64,000 nucleotides of DNA from assembly GCA_043827325.1 (NCBI GenBank), contig JBDRPF010000071.1, positions 7,795-71,794 of the forward strand, read 5' to 3'. The stretch's first letter is position 1, and each line of letters starts with the position of its first letter. This DNA comes from Pseudomonadota bacterium. GTDB taxonomy: Bacteria; Desulfobacterota; Desulfobacteria; Desulfobacterales; UBA11574. Shown here piece by piece: positions 57,542-64,000 of the stretch. Below the pieces are notes generated by a model. That model did not search any database. It saw nothing but the letters and a program-made list of their open reading frames with translations, and had not been told where the DNA came from. The translations under genes and the position numbers were made by a program.

Positions 57542-59227
57542 ATGACTCGAGCGCGCTCCATATGGGAACATGGCGTAAAAACCGGCGTTATCGGCGGCGT
57601 TGCCGCACTGCTCATCGTGCTGGTGGGGATGGCGGAGTCGTTTAATCGACGGGATATTATTGCCGATGTCGTGACCATGGGCCAAGTCCTGCTGCTGATT
57701 TTATTTGTGTTGATGGGGTACATTGCGGCAAAGCGGACTACCCGAGAAGACACGGCCTCCCGTTGTCTCAACACCGTTGTCGGAAGTCTTGTTACCGCAG
57801 GGTTTTTAGCCCTGCTGGTCATCGTGGGCCATCTGGTGAACCTGCGGGCGGTTCTGGTAAACGCCTCACCGGTGCTATACAGGTTCTTGACCCTCGGGCA
57901 CAAAGGGGCTGCCGGTATTTTTATTATTCTCTTGATCGGGATTGTCTGCGGGGTGTTCGCAGCCGTTCTGTATCATCTGCCGCCGCTGACCCGACGGACA
58001 ATCGTTATTTCACTGAGCAGCATGATCATGGCCGGGGTTCTGCAGGATCTCATACGACCGATCCTTGCCGCATGGGGACCCATGGCCGTCATCAACGACT
58101 GGCTCTTTACCGGCAACGGACTCACCGTAATCGGGTCTGTTTCATTCGCAATACTGATTGCGGGTACGATGACGGTCTGGTCTTTGAAAAAACAGGATAT
58201 CAAGGCGGGCTATGTAAACCTTTCCGACGGAAGCCGGCGCGGAATAAAGGTCGGCGGCTATTTCACACTGGCGATAGTGCTCATCGCGCTGCCCCATGTC
58301 CTCGGCCTCTTTCTCAGCGAAGTGCTCACCATCGTGGGCCTTTATGTGCTGTTGGGGCTGGGACTCAATATCGTTGTGGGCTACGCCGGCATGCTGGACC
58401 TCGGATATGTCGCTTTTTTCGCCATCGGTTCTTATGTGACCGCCATATTAACGTCTCCCGAGCTGGGGTTTTTCAACTTCACCTTCTGGGGGGCGCTTCC
58501 TTTCGCCATTGTCATAGGAGTTATTTCCGGTGTCCTGCTCGGCACCCCGGTGTTGAAGATGAGGGGAGATTACCTGGCCATCGCCACCCTGGGTTTTGGC
58601 GAAATCATCCGGATTCTGGTCCTTTCGGACTTTTTGCGCCCCTGGCTGGGGGGGGCCCAGGGTGCCGGAGGGATACCCAAGGCCATCTTTTTCGGGTATC
58701 AGCTCGTAACCCCGCAGCGGATTTATTACTTGATTCTGGCCGGCTGCATACTTGTGGTCTTCATTTCGCTTCGCTTGAAGCATTCGCGGATGGGGCGCGC
58801 CTGGATGGCCATGCGGGAGGATGAGGACGTGGCCCAGGCCATGGGTATCAATCTGGTGTCCACAAAGCTGATGGCCTTTGCCATCGGGGCCGGGTTTTCT
58901 GCATTGAGCGGGGCTATTTTTGCCAGCAAACTCGGCTCGGTGTACCCTCACAGCTTCAGCGTGATGATTTCCATCAATATCATCTGCCTGATCATCGTCG
59001 GCGGAATGGGAAGCATACCCGGCGTCATCGTCGGTGCCGCCGCCTTGGTGGGATTGCCGGAACTTCTGAGGGAGTTTGCGGAATTTCGGATGCTGGTCTA
59101 TGGGGCCGCACTTGTGGCGATGATGCTTTTGAGACCCGAAGGTCTCTGGCCCGAGGCAAAACATAAAATGGAGCTCCATGCAGAAGAAGGCAGTGTGGGT
59201 GAACCCGAATTGTCCGCGGCGACCTGA
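57542..59227 (+). CDS. livM: Liv-type ABC permease with a long extra N-terminal membrane domain
   Basis: GLNIVVGYAGMLDLGYVAFFAIG, RGDYLAIATLGFGEIIR, GRAWMAMREDE. Confidence 0.88.
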   Translation: MTRARSIWEHGVKTGVIGGVAALLIVLVGMAESFNRRDIIADVVTMGQVLLLILFVLMGYIAAKRTTREDTASRCLNTVVGSLVTAGFLALLVIVGHLVNLRAVLVNASPVLYRFLTLGHKGAAGIFIILLIGIVCGVFAAVLYHLPPLTRRTIVISLSSMIMAGVLQDLIRPILAAWGPMAVINDWLFTGNGLTVIGSVSFAILIAGTMTVWSLKKQDIKAGYVNLSDGSRRGIKVGGYFTLAIVLIALPHVLGLFLSEVLTIVGLYVLLGLGLNIVVGYAGMLDLGYVAFFAIGSYVTAILTSPELGFFNFTFWGALPFAIVIGVISGVLLGTPVLKMRGDYLAIATLGFGEIIRILVLSDFLRPWLGGAQGAGGIPKAIFFGYQLVTPQRIYYLILAGCILVVFISLRLKHSRMGRAWMAMREDEDVAQAMGINLVSTKLMAFAIGAGFSALSGAIFASKLGSVYPHSFSVMISINIICLIIVGGMGSIPGVIVGAAALVGLPELLREFAEFRMLVYGAALVAMMLLRPEGLWPEAKHKMELHAEEGSVGEPELSAAT

Positions 59228-59246
59228 CCCTAAAACTAAAACCAAT

Positions 59247-60029
<783 letters not shown>

Positions 60030-60072
60030 TCGACCCGGCACCCGGAATGCAGATTTTTTAAGGCAAATACCC

Positions 60073-60786
60073 ATGGCAATGCTCGAGGTTGAAAATGTAC
60101 ACGCCTACTACGGACAGATCCATGCCCTGAAGGACATTTCCTTCACCATCGACAAAGGCGAAATCGTTACGCTGATCGGCGCCAACGGGGCGGGCAAAAG
60201 CACCACTTTGAAGGTCATGAGCGGTTTGCTGCGGCCCCGCAAGGGAACGATCCGGCTGGACGGAGAGGATCTGACAACGCTGCCGCCCCATCAAATTGTG
60301 ACCAGAGGGATGACGCATGTTCCCGAGGGGCGGCGAATTTTCGGCCAGCTTACGGTAATGGAAAACCTCGACATGGGGGCGTTCACCTGCCGGGACAGTC
60401 AGCGAATAAAAACGAACCTCGACAAGGTGTTCGATCTGTTTCCCCGATTGAAGGAGCGGCGCAGGCAGGTTGCAGGGACCCTGAGCGGCGGAGAGCAGCA
60501 GATGCTGGCCATGGGCCGTGCGTTGATGGCCTCTCCGCAGGTGCTTCTGTTAGATGAGCCCTCCATGGGTCTGGCGCCGGTTCTGGTGGACAGTATTTTC
60601 GATACGATCCGGCAACTGCACTCGGAGGGGACGACCATCCTCCTGGTCGAACAGAATGCACGGATGGCGCTGCAGGTGGCGAGCCGGGGTTACGTGATTC
60701 AGACCGGCGTGATGTTGCTCAGTGACACCGCGGAAAACCTCCGGAAAAACGAAATGGTCCGAAAATCCTACATGGGTGAAAACTGA
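60073..60786 (+). CDS. livF: Liv-type ABC ATPase
   Basis: GANGAGKST, VPEGRRIF, LSGGEQQMLA, DEPSMGL. Confidence 0.92.
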   Translation: MAMLEVENVHAYYGQIHALKDISFTIDKGEIVTLIGANGAGKSTTLKVMSGLLRPRKGTIRLDGEDLTTLPPHQIVTRGMTHVPEGRRIFGQLTVMENLDMGAFTCRDSQRIKTNLDKVFDLFPRLKERRRQVAGTLSGGEQQMLAMGRALMASPQVLLLDEPSMGLAPVLVDSIFDTIRQLHSEGTTILLVEQNARMALQVASRGYVIQTGVMLLSDTAENLRKNEMVRKSYMGEN

Positions 60787-60920
60787 TACCTGATCTATTG
60801 GGCACCCGGACCCAGAGAACCTGCCGTTTATTCTTGCCAAACAAATGGGATGCTTTGTGGGTGGTCGTTGACTCACCCTTGAAGGGGCTTGCGTATAACA
60901 ACCCTTTCTAAATCCTAATT

Positions 60921-61799
60921 TCAAATTTCGAATTTGTCTTTTTCCCCACGCCCCCGCTTGAAGCTCGCCAGTGTGATTGCCCCGAGTATGATGCCCCCGC
61001 CCGCAAGCGTTCTTGATGCCGGGACCTCGCCGAGAAGTACAAAAGCAAAAATGATTCCGTAAACAGGCTCCAGGCTCGCAATGATGCTTGCCAACTGTGC
61101 CTTGAGGTGAACAAGGCTCTTGATAAACAGCACGTGGGACAGGGCCGTGCAGAACACACCGAGAATTGCCAGCAAAACAATATCAGACGAACCCGGCGTT
61201 ACCTTTTTGAAAAGGATCAGGGGAAACAGGATAACGGCTGCAATCCCATTCTGATAGCATGCAATCACGATTGGAGAATAGGTGCCGACGTACTTTCGGT
61301 TGAGTATGGAGAGCACGGCAAATGTCAATCCCGATATCGTCCCCCAAAACGCCCCCTGGGCAACATTGTTTTGAAAGTCAAATGTCGGAACGACCAGGAC
61401 CAGGCCCAGAAGAACGGAACCTGCCGTCAGGATATCAATCGGGTGCAGTTTTTCTTTGAAAAAACAGGGCTCCAAAAAAGTAACGAATACCGGAAATGTG
61501 GAAAATGTGAGCAGCCCCACCGCAACGGTTGAAACCTGAATAGAGTGGAAAAACGTTACCCAGTGTACGGCCAGTATGGCCCCGAGCAGCATGAGGACGG
61601 CCAGGTCCTGCCGTGATTTCGCCTGAATCGGTGTTTTTGAGAAAAAGAGAATCGCACCCAGCGTGAGCGAGGCAAAAAAAGTTCTTCCGAATACGATGAG
61701 TATGGGAGGCAGCGCCAGCCACTTTCCGAAAAGACCGGCAAGTCCGAAAAGAAGGACAGCGATATGAATTTCGAGCATGCCGTGACGCTTCAGGATCAT
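60921..61799 (-). CDS. DMT/EamA family transporter
   Basis: ~10 TM helices, HWVTFF.SI, LEPVYGI. Confidence 0.85.
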   Translation of the reverse strand: MILKRHGMLEIHIAVLLFGLAGLFGKWLALPPILIVFGRTFFASLTLGAILFFSKTPIQAKSRQDLAVLMLLGAILAVHWVTFFHSIQVSTVAVGLLTFSTFPVFVTFLEPCFFKEKLHPIDILTAGSVLLGLVLVVPTFDFQNNVAQGAFWGTISGLTFAVLSILNRKYVGTYSPIVIACYQNGIAAVILFPLILFKKVTPGSSDIVLLAILGVFCTALSHVLFIKSLVHLKAQLASIIASLEPVYGIIFAFVLLGEVPASRTLAGGGIILGAITLASFKRGRGEKDKFEI

Positions 61800-61831
61800 G
61801 TCATCAACCTGCTTTATAGGGGAACATAAAT

Positions 61832-62323
61832 TTATGACAAACCCGGAACATCAAGTATCTTTGCCGCGTGCCCGGTTTTATTTAAAAAAATCTCAAGGCC
61901 TTCCCTTGAGATGACCAGCGTACTGGTGTTTACAAGGGGATGAAACTGAAACGCCTCCGACGCCCACAGGTCTCCATCGATGACGACCTCTACGGCGTTT
62001 TCGGAATCGTTGAAAATTGCCAGCAGGGAAACGGCCCCCGGATCCACACCCAGATATCTTTTCAAGCGATCCGGAGAACCGAACCGCAGCCGGCTGCTCC
62101 CCAGCAGATCCGGAAGCGCCTTCAGATCGACCCGTTTTTCATCTCTGACAACAACCAGAAAGTGTCTCTGGCCTTTATTGTCCTTGAGAAAAAGATTTTT
62201 GGTCTTGGCTCCCGGAAGGTGGGGAATAAGCCGGTTGACATCATCAACGGTAAACACCGGGGGATGATCATAGCGTTCGTATTCAATGCGATACGCCTCC
62301 AGGAATTGATAAAAATCGACCAT
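61832..62323 (-). CDS. YbaK/ProX tRNA-editing domain protein
   Basis: HPPVFT, KNLFLKD, LGVDPGAVS, FHPLVNTST. Confidence 0.88.
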   Translation of the reverse strand: MVDFYQFLEAYRIEYERYDHPPVFTVDDVNRLIPHLPGAKTKNLFLKDNKGQRHFLVVVRDEKRVDLKALPDLLGSSRLRFGSPDRLKRYLGVDPGAVSLLAIFNDSENAVEVVIDGDLWASEAFQFHPLVNTSTLVISREGLEIFLNKTGHAAKILDVPGLS

Positions 62324-62530
62324 TTTATATTGCCTTCCCCGGGATTTCCGGTTTTTTGTTCATTTTTTTTCATTTTCTGCCGATGAAAACAAATTTGTCC
62401 GGCCGTCAGAAACGAAATATTATGTTGAGCACCGCTATACCCCGTTATTTTTGAATCTGTCAAGAGTGCCGGTGTTTACCGAACCGAGGGGCCTGGTGTT
62501 GCGTAACAGAATTTCTTTAACTCAATAATG

Positions 62531-62580
62531 CCCCCCTCCCTTCTCTCCTCCTTGAAGGGGGAGGGTTAGGGTGGGGGTGA
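62531..62580. repeat. polypyrimidine/polypurine imperfect palindrome (REP-like)
   Basis: CCCCCCTCCCTTCTCTCCTCC-TTGAA-GGGGGAGGGTTAGGGTGGGGGTG. Confidence 0.45.
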
Positions 62581-62915
62581 ACCGCTAAGAATGATGTAAT
62601 GTGTTTATGTAACGCACACGATGATTTGACAATTTTGTGATCGTTTCGATAATGGCAGGATAATTTAGATTTCAAAAAAGCATGATTTCTATGGTATTAT
62701 TTTCTTATCTGCGGTTTGGATGCGGCTGTGATCTTTAAGAGATAACACAAGTTGAAAGGTTATAGATTTCATGTGAATTTTAAGCAAGCTCTGCACGAAC
62801 GTCCCGTCCCGCATTTTCATGGTTTAGAAACTGCCACGACTTGATGACTCTGAGTTATTGAAAAAGAATATATCTAAACTATTTCTTGACTTTAGTTTAA
62901 AAATATGGGTTTTTA

Positions 62916-63704
62916 ATGAGTATGCGTAATGAAACAAAATCAAAAATAAACCGACTTATCAGTCAGTGGCCGAGAGGGACGCCCGCTGCCGCATCCTACT
63001 TGAACACAGAGGGCTTCAGCCACGATCTCCTTACGAGATACAAAAAGAGCGGCTGGGTTCAGTCCTTTGGAAGAGGTGCCTATATCCTCTACGGAGACAA
63101 AGTGGAATGGCCCGGAGCCCTTTATGCCCTTCAAACCCAACTGGGCCTGAACGTATACCCAGGGGGAAAGACGGCCCTTGAGCTAAAAGGGTACGCCCAT
63201 TACCTCCCCGCTGGTAAAGGAAAGGTATTTCTGTACGGAAAACAAGGTCAGGTTCTGCCGAACTGGTTCAAAGGGGAGCGCTTAGGGGCAGATATCATCA
63301 TGACCCGGACCAATCTTTTTCCGGAGGACAGTCAGTATGGTTTATCCGAATTCAAGGAAAGGGAGTTTTCCATAAAGATAGCTTCACCCGAAAGGGCAGC
63401 CATGGAGATGCTTCACCTGGTGCCGCGAAAAATCGGTTTTGACGAAGCATTCCTGATCATGGAAAACCTTGCTACCCTCCGATCCGAAATAGTCCAGCGG
63501 CTGTTGGTCATGTGCCGGTCCATCAAGGTCAGGAGGCTTTTCATGTTTATGGCGGAAAAGCATGGTCATCCATGGGTATCAGACCTGGACGCTGAACGAC
63601 TTGATCTGGGCAAAGGAAAGCGAGTGATCGTCCCGAAGGGGAGGTTCGATAGAAAATACCGGATTACCGTCCCCAGTGACCATTACGAAGAAGGAGAGGG
63701 ATGA
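62916..63704 (+). CDS. abiEi: type IV TA antitoxin AbiEi (AbiEi_3-like)
   Basis: Y.KSGW...GRGAY, GGKTALELKGYAHY, SPERA..E, C.SIKV.RLF, LG.GKR. Confidence 0.85.
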   Translation: MSMRNETKSKINRLISQWPRGTPAAASYLNTEGFSHDLLTRYKKSGWVQSFGRGAYILYGDKVEWPGALYALQTQLGLNVYPGGKTALELKGYAHYLPAGKGKVFLYGKQGQVLPNWFKGERLGADIIMTRTNLFPEDSQYGLSEFKEREFSIKIASPERAAMEMLHLVPRKIGFDEAFLIMENLATLRSEIVQRLLVMCRSIKVRRLFMFMAEKHGHPWVSDLDAERLDLGKGKRVIVPKGRFDRKYRITVPSDHYEEGEG

Positions 63705-64000
63705 AAGACACGGTCTTCTTCAAACAGGCGGAATTGCTCCTGAGAATTCTGCCGTTAATATACAAAGAAGACGTGTTTGCCTTGAAGGGAGGTACTGCAA
63801 TCAACTTTTTTGTAAGGGACCTCCCCCGTCTATCCGTGGACATCGATCTGGCGTACCTTCCTGTAAATGACAGGGATTTTGCGTTGAATGAAATCCGCCG
63901 CATCTTGATCCTGATATCCGAGGGAATCAAGAGGAGGATATCAGGGACTGAAGTCATCACGAGAAAAATCCATGGGACTGAGGTCGTAAGAGGCCTGATT
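63701..64000 (+). CDS. abiEii: type IV TA toxin AbiEii nucleotidyltransferase (partial, runs off the window)
   Basis: hand translation MKDTVFFKQAELLLRILP...FALKGGTAINFFVRDLPRLSVDIDL; ATGA overlap with abiEi. Confidence 0.88.
   Translation, partial: MKDTVFFKQAELLLRILPLIYKEDVFALKGGTAINFFVRDLPRLSVDIDLAYLPVNDRDFALNEIRRILILISEGIKRRISGTEVITRKIHGTEVVRGLI

Overview
Chromosomal window from what looks like an anaerobic Desulfobacterota (deltaproteobacterial)-type genome. This is inferred from gene content: CooS, an ADP-forming acyl-CoA synthetase, Na+-NQR, an FTR-like reductase and a UGA-recoded OsmC. Contents in order: (1) 0.3-12 kb, an acyl-CoA ligase/MBL hydrolase/Liv-type ABC/thioesterase/acyl-CoA synthetase cluster, interrupted by a four-helix-bundle gene flanked by inverted 8-bp repeat arrays and by vapBC; (2) 12-14.6 kb, an amidoligase plus two class II glutamine amidotransferases, one apparently degenerate; (3) a DAHP synthase with a Trp/Tyr/Phe-rich leader peptide and tandem terminators; (4) a formyltransferase, flavoprotein, divergent PurD-like ligase, ald, alr and a REC-PAS-HD-GYP protein; (5) 25.8-28 kb, an integrase-less integron-cassette relic (two attC sites, a mazEF cassette, a truncated alkene reductase, TA fragments); (6) 28-37.4 kb, a minus-strand redox/oxidative-stress cluster including a selenocysteine OsmC-like gene, a Trx-TrxR fusion, Fur/PerR and small Cys-rich proteins; (7) nqrA-F, with an NqrA that retains Fe-S motifs, then Grx/FTR and cooS; (8) mobB, aldolase-SDR, lsrF, relE/phd, NAD kinase, a second liv operon, and AbiE at the right edge. 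Intergenic DNA carries several families of short inverted-repeat arrays and palindromes plus IS200/IS605-like end remnants. No rRNA, tRNA or CRISPR array was seen. All calls come from motif recognition by eye; no searches were run.
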